DNA of 64,000 bases. Origin: Eledone cirrhosa. Lineage: Eukaryota. The DNA lies in the NCBI GenBank assembly GCA_964016885.1, contig OZ024744.1, positions 76,074,001-76,138,000 on the forward strand, written 5' to 3'. The notes under the pieces were generated by a model. That model saw only the letters and a program-made list of their open reading frames with translations, was not told the origin of the DNA and did not search any database. A program made the translations under genes and the position numbers. Positions 40,214 to 54,100 of the stretch are shown one piece after another; the stretch's first letter is position 1, and every line of letters starts with the position of its first letter.

Positions 40214-41150
40214 ATGAAATCTCACTTAGGATTAGGAAAGCAAGTGATGCTTTCGGAAAGCTAGAAAGGCGACTCTGGGGTCGGCGAGACATATGCAGGA
40301 AGACAAAGGTAAAGGTGTACATGGCATGTGTGCTCTCTTCTCTTCTTTATGCCTGCGAGACCTGGGTCACATATCGACACAACCTTAAGCAATTGGAGCG
40401 TTTCCATCAGATGTGTCTCAGACGGATCCATGGCGTTCACTAGAGGGACCACATCAGTGATGTCGAGATTTTGGAAAGCTCTATGTGTGACAGTATAGAA
40501 GCTCTTGTGCTCAAGCAACGACTCCGTTGGAGTGGTCACCTTGCCAGGATGAAGGATTCTAGAATACCAAAACAACTCTTTTATGGAGAGTTGGTTAAAG
40601 GAAAACGACCGCCACATAAATAAAAAAAGAGGTATAAGGATTCCTTGAAAGACTCTTTGAAAGACGCTAACATCTCTGCTGATACATGGGAAAATATTGC
40701 TGCTGATCGTAATAAATGAAGAAAGACTGTATATGAGAGAAAAATTGCCTTTGAGGCATCTCGAATCGCATACGAGAAAGTAAAGCGGGATGTGAGGAAG
40801 GGCATTGCTGTTGCACTTCCAGACGGCGAGGGTCCTCCTATGGTGCTGACATGCAGCGTCTGTGCGAGACTCTGCCTAAGTAAAGCTGGACTCGAAAGTC
40901 ATCTTCGCAGTCATAAAGTAAGACAAGTGGTTGACTACCAGGCTGCTGTTGGAGATGCTACTCATCATGCTTGCCAAACATGTGGTAGAGAATGTAGATC
41001 AGCAGGAAGGGTCAAGCGACATGCAAAAGTACATGAACTCCAACCACAGCCGGCTATTCCCAGTGAATGTTTTGGTTGCTGACTCTGTGCAAGACATTTT
41101 AGATCATTGGCTGGGCTAAAAAGCCACATTCGATCGCAGCGCTGTTAGTT
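40214..41150 (+). mobile_element. RTE LINE 3' part with three C-terminal C2H2-type fingers
   Basis: KVKVYMACVLSSLLYACETW, RLRWSGHLARM, RIPKQL.YGEL; CSVC..H..H, CQTC..H..H, C*LC..H. Confidence 0.8.
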
Positions 41151-41318
41151 GCTCTCGTATGTGTGTGTGTGTATAGATATGTTTGTGTGTGCGTGTGTGT
41201 GTATATATATGTGTATGTATATTATTATTGTTGTTTTTGTCGTTATTATTATTATTATTATTGTTATTAATGTATGTCTGTATCTATATATATATGTGTG
41301 TATGTATGTATGTATGTA

Positions 41319-41935
<617 letters not shown>

Positions 41936-42207
41936 TGTATGTATGTATGTATGTATGTATGTATGTATGTATGTATGTATGTATGTATGTATGTATGTAT
42001 GTATGTATGTATGTATGTATGTACGTACGTATGTATGTATGTATGTATATATGTATGTGTGTATGTATGTATGTATGTATGTATGTATGTATGCATGTAT
42101 GTATGTATGTACGTATGTATGTATTATGTGATTCAGTATATTTGTGGTTTACTGAGGAAGATACCGATATTAGCAAATTATTGTATAGCAGAGTGTATAT
42201 ATTTAGA

Positions 42208-42497
42208 TCAAAACAGGTTTCACATTGAAGTTTTTTAATGACTAGGCTCAGTTACGAACGTTCCGCTGATAGATGGCTCAGGATCCATATTAGTGTTGTG
42301 AACCCGACTCCAGCCTCATTCTGTTCATCAGACTTGTTAATCAAGCGATCTTTCTTGATTAATATGTTTGTTTAATGAGGAGATTGAGACTGGAGTCCAG
42401 TTTATAACACTAATATGGATCCCGAGCCATCTATCAGCGGAACGTTCGTAACTGAGCCTAGTCATTAAAAAACCTCAACGTGAAACCTCGTTTTGTT
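42208..42497. repeat. Fold-back element (~105-bp arms)
   Basis: 42208-42317 is the inverse of 42386-42497; CTGATGA on the minus strand in the loop. Confidence 0.8.
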
Positions 42498-42511
42498 CTT
42501 TATATTAGTAG

Positions 42512-42548
42512 ACTAGCTGGCCCCGTGCCGTCAAAAATGACAGGTAAT
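42512..42548 (-). mobile_element. Possible Helitron-type 3' end (hairpin + CTAG)
   Basis: Minus strand ctgtca-tttt-tgacgg..cagCTAGT. Confidence 0.35.
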
Positions 42549-42898
42549 TGAAATATTTATATATAATAAAAAAAAAAGAGATGTTTGTTTGTTGGGTGGT
42601 TGGTTGGTTTCTTTGCACTCACTCACACAAGTAATACAAACATACAAACACTGTGTATAGCTAATTCGCTACACATATACAGACCCAGCTGCGACGAATC
42701 TTAGAACTTACACCACCTCTTTCCCCAGTCATTACATAGATGTGGGTGTATGTAATAATTATTTCTTCTATGTATGTCCGTTTATATATATGTATGTGTA
42801 GATGTGTGTGTGTTTGTAATTCTATTGTCTATGTAGCTTTCTAAATAAATACATATACACTCACACGAATATTATATATAAATATAATTTACACACAC

Positions 42899-42987
<89 letters not shown>

Positions 42988-43179
42988 AATAATCATAAGA
43001 GCCAATGTGTGTAGCTAATTCGCTATACATATAGACACACACATATGTAGCGAATATTGGATTCTGCCACCCCTCTTTCCTAAGTGGACGTTATCACCTC
43101 TTTCCTTCCCCAGTCATCTCTTGTAACGGACAAACACACAAGCGTATTATATATTAGTAGATATGTATGCATATGTGTG

Positions 43180-44650
43180 CATACGTCCAAGTAGTTGACT
43201 CTTTTAGAATTGGGTTCAAATGTAATGCCAAGGCCTAATTGGTTAAAGAATTTTCTAATTTGCTTTTTTAATCTTTCAAAGTTTTGGCTATTTAAGTTTT
43301 TAGCTAAAAGCAGAGTATCATCTCTATAGATTCCGCCTTGTAGATTAACAAATTCCCTATGTAAGAAATATGCTATATAAATTCCAATCAAGTCTGTGAT
43401 CTGGGCTGAGTCGTTTTATCCCATAGTTATATCAAAGTTATTCCGTCTCGTTTAACCTAACTCAGGACTAATAGAACCCTTCCATAAGAATAATGAGAAT
43501 CTAGCTTACATTGCCTATAACTCGAACCATCCTAGATCCATAATTAACTCTATAGCGCATAGTATATCCCTTAGAATCTCACGCTTATCCTCTAACCTTG
43601 AAATGTTTAATGAACACGCTAGCTACTACAACTTAGCTTTACTTAAGGCAGGCCATAAAGAAGGACTCAAATACATATCATATACAAAAAATAACAACAC
43701 ACTTAATGTTAATAATACTTACCACAACCATAGAAACAACAAACATAGGTCTAAACGCATAAATAGGCAGCATACACCTAATTTAAATAAACAGAATGCT
43801 AATACAAATACCACTAGTAGCCATAGAAGATGCAGAAATAGAAACTACTTATGGTTTAACCCTATGTTTAAGTCCTCTATTAAAACTAAGCTTCCTTTCA
43901 CTTTCTTTAAATTAGTTGACAAACACTTCCCTCAAATTCATAAATATTCTTTAATAGAAAAACTATCAAACTATCATACTCCTCTGCCAACAACATAGAA
44001 TCGCACATTCACAAAATTAACTACATAAGAATTCATAATCCAAGTAGCCCGCATATATGTTCCATATCACCAAATACAGAACATACACATATTACATCAT
44101 TGCAACCGAATACATGCCAGAGCACACCATCACAATACATCAACAAACCTAATTCGCATCCCATACATAACAATCTTCGAAATCATATAGTAGAACCGGC
44201 GCATAGGAAAGCATTTCTATGCAATTGCCACTTACCTGACAAATGCCCTCTACTAAACAGATGCCTGGGAAAAAATGTAGTATACTTGTGTACTATCAAC
44301 TCGGGTAGCTTGGCATGGTATTACATTGGTTCCACAGCTGGTGTCTTTAAAAAACGGTGGTACGTGCACAGACATTCTATGATTAATAAGAATCAATCAA
44401 ATACAACAACTCTTGCAAACAAAATATGGCAACTCAGGAATGCTGGCATTGAATACGAGATCAGTTGGAAAATACTATCAACTGCTAAGGCCTATCAAAC
44501 TGGTATGTCCCATTATAGGCTCTGTAATATGGAGCTCTTCCAAATACTTAATTTTAGTAAAACCCTTCTTAACAGCAGAATTTAACGAACTATCTTTTGC
44601 CGACATAAATCAGCAACGAAATTCCCGAACTTTAGACCAACTTAACTCCA
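43180..44650. mobile_element. PLE with 5' inversion: RT core on minus (43180-43435), thumb + CNC linker + GIY-YIG on plus
   Basis: GIYRDD..VNYLDV (-); SNHP..RISRLSS, WFNP, CNC..CPL..C, VVY..YIGST (+). Confidence 0.82.
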
Positions 44651-44729
44651 TTTTCTACTCCTTATTCCTTTTTATACCATTAGCACCTATTACGATATCA
44701 AATTATCACAAACTTATAATTACGAAAGC

Positions 44730-44913
44730 GGTGGATTGGCAGTATCGGTAGAGGGTCGGACGCCATGCTTTCCAGCATAGTTACGTCCCTTTACGATCTG
44801 AGTTCAAATCCCGCCGAGGTTGACTTTGCCTTTCATCCTTACGGGGTCGATAAAATAAAGTACCAGTAATGCACTGGATAATTGCTGGCCTTGTGCCTAA
44901 AGTAGAAACAATT
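44730..44913 (+). mobile_element. tRNA-derived SINE family A, full length
   Basis: A-box TGGCAGTATCGG, B-box GAGTTCAAATCCC, tail gtagaaacaattatt. Confidence 0.82.
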
Positions 44914-45267
44914 ATTTTTATTTTATTTGTATTTACATCATTTATTATCTACATCTTTCACCATTTGTCTTTGCATTTCTCCACTTAAAAATATTTATCT
45001 CGATCATTTTATCCTATCATATAATACATCTCAAACTAGCTATTTTACCTAGTAATATATATTCGTCCGTCTGTTTATTTTCTTTCTCTTTCCTTCATAT
45101 CCCGTATTCATGATTCATTTTTACCCCTCTCTGCTTCCTCCTCCTTCTTAATCTTCATCTATTTCTTTCTCATCATCCTTCCTCTTTGCCTGTGCTATAC
45201 CCCCCTTCTTTCTTTCTATCTATATCTTTATTATTATTATATTTATTTTGATGTGATAGTTTGATTT

Positions 45268-47336
45268 TTGAGTGTGTCTTTTAGTTCGTGTAGCCGTAAG
45301 TAACAGGTGTTTTATTGGAGACTATAGTACAGATTCTCTTGGCTAAGTTGTAGGGAATATTAATTCTAACGTGTCTAGGGTGGCAAGAGTTGAAAGGAAG
45401 ATATTGCTTGGAGTCTGTGGGCTTGTAGTATATGTCTGTTTCTATTTTTTTGTTATGAATCTTAATGAGGATGTCGAGGAAGGGGAGTTGTTGATGGCTG
45501 TATTCCATCGTAAAGTTAATATTCGTGTTGAGCCCATTTATAAGGGTGTGAAATTCTTTAAGTTTCTCGATGTTTTCGTGCCAAAGGATGAAGAAACTCA
45601 TCTAGATATCGCTTCCAGTTCTTTTCTATGTGTAAGTGGAGAGTGTTTCCAAATTTGTTTAGTACTTTAGTATAGAGGGTGATTTCCAGGTATTCCATGA
45701 TTAGGTTGGCATAAGTGGGAGCTGTTTTCATTCCCATAGCGGTCCCAGATTTCTGCCTGTATGATTTGTTATTGAAAACGAAGTAATAGTTCTGCAAGAT
45801 AAATTTGAGTCCCTAGACACGTTAAAATTAATATTCCCTACAACTTAGCCAAGAGAATCTGTACTATAGTCTCCAATAAAAACATCTGTTACTTACGGCT
45901 ACAAGAACTAAAGGACACACTCATAGGCAGGTTCTACCCTGCATCACTAATTGACAATGGAATCCAACGTGCCCTAAAACTCAGTACCCAGGACCTTAGA
46001 CACCCTAAAGTAAATCAACCGAAACTAAAAGCTCTTCCATACATCTCCACACACAACCCCTCAACAATGAGGCCTCTGACACCATCCTCCAGAACATCCC
46101 TGTGTTAAAAAGGACCATAGAATGAACCAAATCCTTCGAACACACGATATCATAAAGAGCAAAAGACAATCTAAGTCAATGAAAAACATCCTAACACATG
46201 CCAAAGAAATGCCAACTACAACAACGAAACCACAGTAAAAAAATGCGATGGACCCAACTGTGGCATATGCATCAACCTAATAGAGGGTTCGGAATTCTAT
46301 TTCAAAGAAGGACAACGTTTTATAGTAAAACACAATTTCACATGTGCATCAGAAAATCTAATATATGTATTAACTTTCTCAGGTTGTCGAGAACAATACA
46401 TAGGCTAGGCCAAAAACAACCTCCGCCAACGCAGGACTGTCCATAGATCCCAAATTAAAATACGGGAATACAGGAAAATACCACTGAGTGAACACATTGA
46501 TACCTGTGCCGCCCAAAATCATCCCAACTTTAGAATCTTTCCCCTCAACAAATTTAAAGATAATGCCACCCACACCCAGCGCATCAGCAAGGAATCTCAC
46601 TTTATTAACAAATACGGACCCCATCTAAACACTTCTCCCTAAGACGAACCCACAACATACACACGTCAACATACATACCTACATCAGCATACATCCTACA
46701 TACATCTCTATCCACATATAAACACAATGACATACGTAAACACACATATTCTATGGTGCAACACAAATATACACAAATTTGCATACCTTTTGATGTCTAT
46801 AGATATAAACGTGCAGACACACACACATACATATACGCACACATGCATTGCACACTGATGGGTACATACATATTTGTACACAAGTATTCCAATACGACAG
46901 GGCCTAATGGATTCCCCTTGCAGTACGTACAATCTGGAGACTCACACACACCTTGGTGTTATGACAATACTATATATCATTTCACCCCTTTTATTATTAA
47001 GGTTTTTGATGTTCTTTTGAGAGAATCGATTTTGCAAATTACTGAAAATATCGAATAATGTGAATAATGTACACCATATTTACCAGTATCACAGCAATAC
47101 TGGTCCACCCACACCCACACACACACGCACACACTCATACACACATATACACACACACACATATATACACACACACATACACACGCGTACACTAACATAC
47201 AAACAGACATAAATACACACACACACTTCTCCGTATAAGACAAGAGCTGAAAAAATCTTTGAACATGTTAAAATATCCCCCGCACACGTACAGACACATT
47301 CCTACTGACCGAATCCCTCTACCACGAATCACTCTG

Positions 47337-47412
<76 letters not shown>

Positions 47413-48015
47413 TTGTCTTAATAGACACCTGAACTGTTGACCTTTCAACATGACTGCAATTCACACACACATCCCTACTGACCATTATCACAACAATGAA
47501 CCTCTTTACTACACATACACACACATATTTCTCTTAAAAGACTTATTTTTCAGTGACTTCTCAATCAGGCGAAAAAGGACACTCTTCGACAAACCTACAT
47601 TTGGAGCAAAATCAATTTATAACATTCACGTGACCTCTACCGACCAATCAAAATTGTTTTGACTACAAGAATTTTTGCAACACGAATTGGCGCGAAACTT
47701 ATAGTACTCATTCACGTGACATTCAACAACCAACCAAATCTTAATACTTCTGGAGCCACTTTTTTCACATAAAACAGGTAGAATTTCCAAAACTGAACAG
47801 ATTAGAGCAAACATCACGGGCGCTCTATCTCAAAATTATTTTTGAAAAGCATTAGAAATGCGCAACCGGTAAAAACTTAAAACTAAAACTGAATACTAAC
47901 CAATACTTATTACTAATTTTTTCTTATTCCTAATTAAACTCTTTTTTACTGGGAAAAATTTTTCAGCATTTTCTTTTCCTTCTACTAATATATCACAACT
48001 CGTGTGTTACACCTC
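45268..48015. mobile_element. PLE with inverted 5' segment (RT on minus 45268-45813; thumb/GIY-YIG/3' UTR on plus 45811-48015)
   Basis: GTAMG, WKRYLD, YYKPTDSKQYL; 45268-45380 is the inverse of 45811-45923; same family as 11695-14760. Confidence 0.87.
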
Positions 48016-48418
48016 TACTCTTTTAAATATATATATATACATACACACATACATACACACATATATCCAGTCTTCTAAGAAATTTAGTAGTGAGGAAATT
48101 ACTGATCCGAACATCCACTGAAGAGTATTGGATTTGTAACTCTCGCCACTTAATTGCGAAACAGTTCTACCAAAAGCTGTCTGGATGTTGATAGTTATCA
48201 TGATTCTGTTTGTAATTCTTAATTTATCTTTTTAATTGAGTCTGGCAAACAGTATTTTCTCCACCCTAGCGGTTTACGTCCCTTGTGATTGGCATGCATA
48301 TATGTATATATCTGAGTTTGTCTCTCTTTATTATATTATACGGGTCGGACATTTTTTCCCTTGAGCTATTTTAATTATAAGGGAATATTGTGAGTTTTTA
48401 ACTCAATATATACTTTTG

Positions 48419-48479
<61 letters not shown>

Positions 48480-48480
<1 letters not shown>

Positions 48481-50280
48481 TTGTAGTTTCCGTTGAAAAT
48501 TGAAAAAGTCAGAGGAATGAAGAATGCTTTATGTAAGTTACAGAGCTAAATATTTAACGTATAATAAACAATACAATATAATTACCTCATTACCAAAGGT
48601 TTCCCGAATAAGACGAATACAAGAAACGTCCGCATTCGTTCGTCAGAAAAGGCAAATTAAAACAGTGAAATATTTGAAAAACCTCCTCAAGAAAGGCTAA
48701 AAGTTTAACGGGCAAAAAATAAATAAAAGCAATAATACAAGAAATGTATAAAAAATAAAAATAAAGAAATATAGTAAGGGGATGTGTGTAAATGTGTGTA
48801 TATGCACATACATATGTACATACATATGTACATGTGTGTGTGTATGTACAACTGCATGTGTATAGTGAAAAAATGTGTGCGTAAGTACATACATGAGGGC
48901 AAACATATTAGTGTATGTGTGACCACAAATACATATATATATATGTTGAAAATAGAAATTGTAAGATAATGGAGTTAGCGTACATACAGACTCAGGGACT
49001 AAGGACAGAAATATATACACATACAAGGATGAAAGGACGCAAGCGTATAAACATACACACACGCACAAACACATACATATATGTGATCTATACAGGGAAG
49101 GGAGTGTATAAAGTCAACGCAGTGTCAGACTGAATGGTCGATACAAATATAAAATATGATGAATAAATGAAATAATATATAAGATAAGAATTTAAAAAAA
49201 AAATAAGGCAAAGAGAAAGTAAATGGGAGGGGTTGTAATATATAAAGTAACACAAGTAAAAATAAATAAAAAGTAGAAAACATGCATATACGCGACCAAG
49301 CACATACACACATACATATATATAAATATATATACATACAGCCAAAAACACGTGCACAAAAGCATACATACACATGGTGGCTGCCAACTCGTTTTCGAGT
49401 ATGGCCACTACTTTATATCCATGTAGGAGAACCCCTACCGATGCGCTGAACAAGTATGACTTTTCAGTCCAGCCAGCGACTTGAAAACTCTGGTACAAAC
49501 ACTACACTTGTGGCAATTACTGACACCTTAGTGCTGGGCCCATGGTACCATGTGATATACACATATATATACATACATGCACATCTATTCACACCCGTGC
49601 ACGCGACCATATATGTATATATATAAGTATATATATACATGTGAAAATATATATACGTAAACGAGCGCACACACACACATACACACATGCACACACACAC
49701 ACGCACGCATACTAATGCGTTCGTATACATATACAAACACGTATACACATACATGCACACATACGCACACATACATATATAAAAAACAACAACCGTATGA
49801 ATTTAATGGGTACAAAATATACGCAAGTAAACATACATAAAAGCGGCTGAGGGACGACGGAAAATATCTGTAGTTAAAAATACAAGTGACATGTGATGTC
49901 TAGTAGTGAAAGGAAAGGGGGAAGTAAAATAAATGTAAATAATGTATAATTGTTAAGATATAAAGTTAATGAATCAAATAACAGGGGGGGGGGGTGCACT
50001 AGTGGATATAAAGTAAAAATAAAAAGTATTTCTGTTTTTGCATTTAGGCATGTTTTTGGTGATTTAAGGTTCTGTAAAATCCAATATTTTTCACTTCTGC
50101 AGAGTGCGCATATTCCTGTTCCTCTTGCATATTTTTTAGTTGGTTCAAAATTGACCAATCTAATTTATATTAGATACCTTGGTGCTTCAAATCCCAAATT
50201 CTGCTAGCCAGAGCTGTTGTAAATCTTTTTTCAGGATATCGGAAAGATTCGACTTGTGAGTAATAACACGTTTTGAATTT
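48480..50280 (-). mobile_element. PLE 3' fragment: GIY-YIG tail (CALCRSEK..LN) and pLTR with HHR-like motif at 48595-48650
   Basis: ORF 49874..50158; minus strand CTGACGA|ACGAAT..ATTCG..|GAAA|CC. Confidence 0.55.
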
Positions 50281-51055
50281 GTCTCAACATATATATATAT
50301 ATAATACATTAACAGAGAAAGCTTTAAGCAATACTCCGACCAACATCCGTCTCACTCAACAAACATTAGGATATACCTTAGTATAATCCCAATTATACGT
50401 TTGGGGTGCTAACTATACGTATTTTGAGGATAGCCAGTTGTTTTATTTTATGAGACATAATTAAATACATCCCTCTTTCCAAACGATCGTTTCATTATAA
50501 GTTTTCTACAAGTTGGGAAAATAATGTCCAGGTTATGTAGAAGCCTACACATAGTCTATAGGAATATATGCAAGTGGGCATTCATAAGTCATCAGTGGAT
50601 GCCCAACAATATCGATATAAAAAAATCCTACCGATAGTAACATTCAGCGATGGTACCCGTCAGTGTTAGAGTGACCCCAAAATTTGAAATCCCAGCAGTC
50701 TCACAACGAGAAATCTCACACCGTCACCAAGCGGGAAAGGGAGGTCATCGCAAAACATAAAAGGATAAAATAATATGCACGCAGGTCAATTAATTCTGTC
50801 AAGAATTTAAACCATGCGTGAAAAACTCAATTGGATATAAAAAAAAATATATATATGCATGTATTATTTATACATCCATATATGTATTTTCTCAGGCTAA
50901 AAACAGAGACAAGATACCGGAAAAAACAATCAATATTTCATACAAAGAATATATATATAAATATGTATGTATTTGTGGTCACACATACACTAATATGTTT
51001 GCCCTCATGTATGTACTTATGCACACATTATTTCACTATACACATAATAATAATA

Positions 51056-51157
51056 ATTGTTTCTACTTTTGACACAAGGCCAGCAATTACCCAGTATATT
51101 ACTGGTAGTTTATTTTATCGAACCCGTAAGGATGAAAGGCAAAGTTAACTTCGGCGA
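51056..51157 (-). mobile_element. SINE family A 3' half abutting the Tx1 3' end
   Basis: Matches 7328-7430. Confidence 0.75.
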
Positions 51158-51159
51158 TG

Positions 51160-54100
51160 GTTTCTTTATTGGCCACAAGGGCTGACACGAAGAAAAACAT
51201 TAGAGACGGCACAGAACAATACAGGACGATACAAAGTGGATTTTGGTTGTATCAGGTTATAACAAAATCGGGCTAGAATTCAAACAAATTCAAACAACAG
51301 AAATTCCCCAAGAGGGAAACCTCCGAGGTCACTCGAACCGTAAACCACACAAAAAAGACCACAGCCACCCTGGCCACCAGGGCAAGCACCCTCTCTCAGT
51401 TTTCCCACTCCTCAGTCTACAGGCGCATACTCAGAGAGGGCCCGTTCACTTGGACCAGCCTCGCCACTTTCACCCAATTTCAACAAACTTACTAGAAGAC
51501 AGCACTTACCTCTCCACCCTGATTTTCCTCTTCAAGTGAAACTTGAAAAAGTTAATCAGGGATTGGCCGAAGAGGAAAATGTCCGTCTTCAACCCTTTCA
51601 ACCTTGTCACCCACACAATCTCTTTCGCCATGGCCACCAGGCAGATAAAAACTGCCTGCCCTTCCGCCTCTTTAAAGGAGAACGGCGGGGCTATCTGCAC
51701 AATGGACTCAGTCGATAACTGGATCAGTCCTACACCCGACAGCAGCTGTTCGACATAGCTCCACAAGTCAGCAATCATCGGGCACTGAACGAATGCGTGC
51801 AGGACGGTTTCTTCGCTCTGCGCGCATCTCGGACAGGCTCGGCTGACAGCACCTCCTTGTCTGTAGAGCTTATCCAGAACCGGCAACGTCCCCGGTAACA
51901 CTGCCAGGCCAGAGATTTCTGGAAGTTGTCCATAGGCCCGGGTCTGAAAGTTCTCTTGAAGAGAGCAAACAGCTGATCGTCTTCGACGCCTAGGGTCTCC
52001 CTTAGAACGTCGTCGCACTTTCCCACAACTAGCCCTATAACGCCGAGATGGATGTTCAACTGATACTAGTGCCTAGCTGGCAGAGAGCGGTGAGCCCTTG
52101 GAGACAATCCAGCTTCCAAGCGCTATCCCTCGGTCTTTTCCTGATCCAGAACAACAGCTCCGTCAAGGAGACGAGCTGGGGAAAAGCGCATCTGGCAAAC
52201 GGCGACCACAAATGTTCACCGTCAAGGAAGCACCAGAGATGTCGCTGCCTCAGCGCATGTTTGCGCATCACCAGCCACAGCATGCCTAGTCCTCGACGCA
52301 ACGGGTGTTGACAGCAATTGGATCGTCTGACCATGGGAGCACGTCCCTTCCACAAAAAGCGGAAGAGAAGGCGCTCTATTTTGGTCAGAGTTGGACGGGG
52401 GCAAGGTACGACGGTCAGGCGATAGCAGATGACGGACGCTATGTACGCATTCACCACCTCCGCCCGACCTTTCAGAGACAGCCTCCTCTCGGCCGATTTA
52501 TAGGTGAGAGAGGCCCCCCTGCTCGTCACCTCGCTCCAGTTTTTCTCCATCTGGAGGTCCGGACCAAACCAGACCCCGAGCAATCTAACCGGTGCTTCCG
52601 TGCAGCGGGACTTGCCTCTCCAGGTGCCGAGTTGCAAGCCTACAGACCTTTCCTGGTTTATCTTTGCTCAAGTCACCGCTTCGTATTCCTTGAGAGCGGT
52701 GCTGAGCATCTGGACGTGTTTGGTGCTCGACACGTATCTTCCACATCCCTGTACGCGTGGGACCCCCCTCATCATCTCCAATTTGTGCAGTAACGGCTCT
52801 AGGGCCAGTACGTACAAGAGGGACGAGAGGGGGAAAAGGCGGCGGACCGAGCGCATGATGCTAAAAGGCTGCGACGGGTGACCATTCACCCTCACAATCG
52901 AGCAGATGTCGCTGTGCATCGCAGCGATCCATCCCTTAAAAACGGGCCCGAAGCCGGCTGCCTCGAGGACGGCAGCCAGGTACCGATGGTCGACCCTATC
53001 AAATGCTTTAGATTGATCCAAGTTGATCAGGGCCCCAGCCGTGACAGGTTCCTTAACAATCCTCTCTATGATGTATCGTATGAGATGGAGGTTGTCGTGG
53101 GTTGATCTGTCAGGAATGGCGCATATCTGCGCCCCTCCTACCAGATCACCGACAACAAGCGCCAATCTCTTTGCTAACACATTGGCCAAAATCTCAAAGT
53201 TATGGACTTGAAGTTGTCTATAACGTCCCCCCTGTTTGGGTCTTTTCTCAGCAGCGCCACCGCTCCCCGGCTCACAAAACTGGGAATGCTCCCGTTCTGC
53301 TGCCAGTTGCAGTAGACATCTGCCAAGAGGTCACCGAACAAGTCTGGCATATACGCATAAAGCTATCCAAACCTGGCGACTTACTCCTCGTGCAATCACA
53401 CATCGCGCCCCGTATTTCACCTGCTGTTATCGGCTTTTCGCAGCATTGCGCTGCGGTGGTCTAGAGCCGTGGCAGTCCGTCGAGGTATGCACCGAAGTCC
53501 ATACTCCGATCCTGACCGCTGCTACTCCCGAACAATTGAGCAAAGTGTTGTTGAAAATTCGCACACATCTGCTCGGGTTCGAGTAACCTGCGCCTGTTTT
53601 GATCAGGCAAAGACCGAATTGTGGACTTGTTTCCACGTCGCGCCTTCACCACCCGGGCCCATTGAACGGCTTTCGTCCCCTCGTGTCTTAGAGCAGGCGC
53701 TCTAGCTCTGACAACGCAGCCTTCATGCTTTGCGTTGAAGAATTGGTCGTGTACCGATCTCACCGCAAGCACCTCAGTTGCGATGCCTGCCGTAAACGCT
53801 TCTTCTAGCTTTCTAACTAACTCTCCCTCTACTCTATTTTCCTCTATCACTACTCGTTTGCTAAACCTTATCGATTCTACTCTAATAGCCCTTTTCAGGG
53901 TAAACCACCACCTGTTGTTGACGATCACACCTATCAACGCACGCTGAACTAATTCGCTAATCCGGTCTCTGTAACTTTTGCGCGCCGGGAAAGAAGCGTT
54001 CAGCTTCCAGTAGCCGGGCCCTTGCCTATGGAGTCTATCTAAGTCAACTTCACATATCACAAATTTGTGGTCCGTGTAGTCGACTACTTTAAATTGTGGA

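Noticed and set aside
44100-44650. Selenocysteine recoding as reported for some Naiad PLEs
   Set aside because: Cys positions use TGC/TGT/TAT; no in-frame TGA there and no SECIS recognised (same at 2774-3133)
44730-44830. tRNA gene
   Set aside because: A/B boxes only, no cloverleaf; multi-copy SINE head
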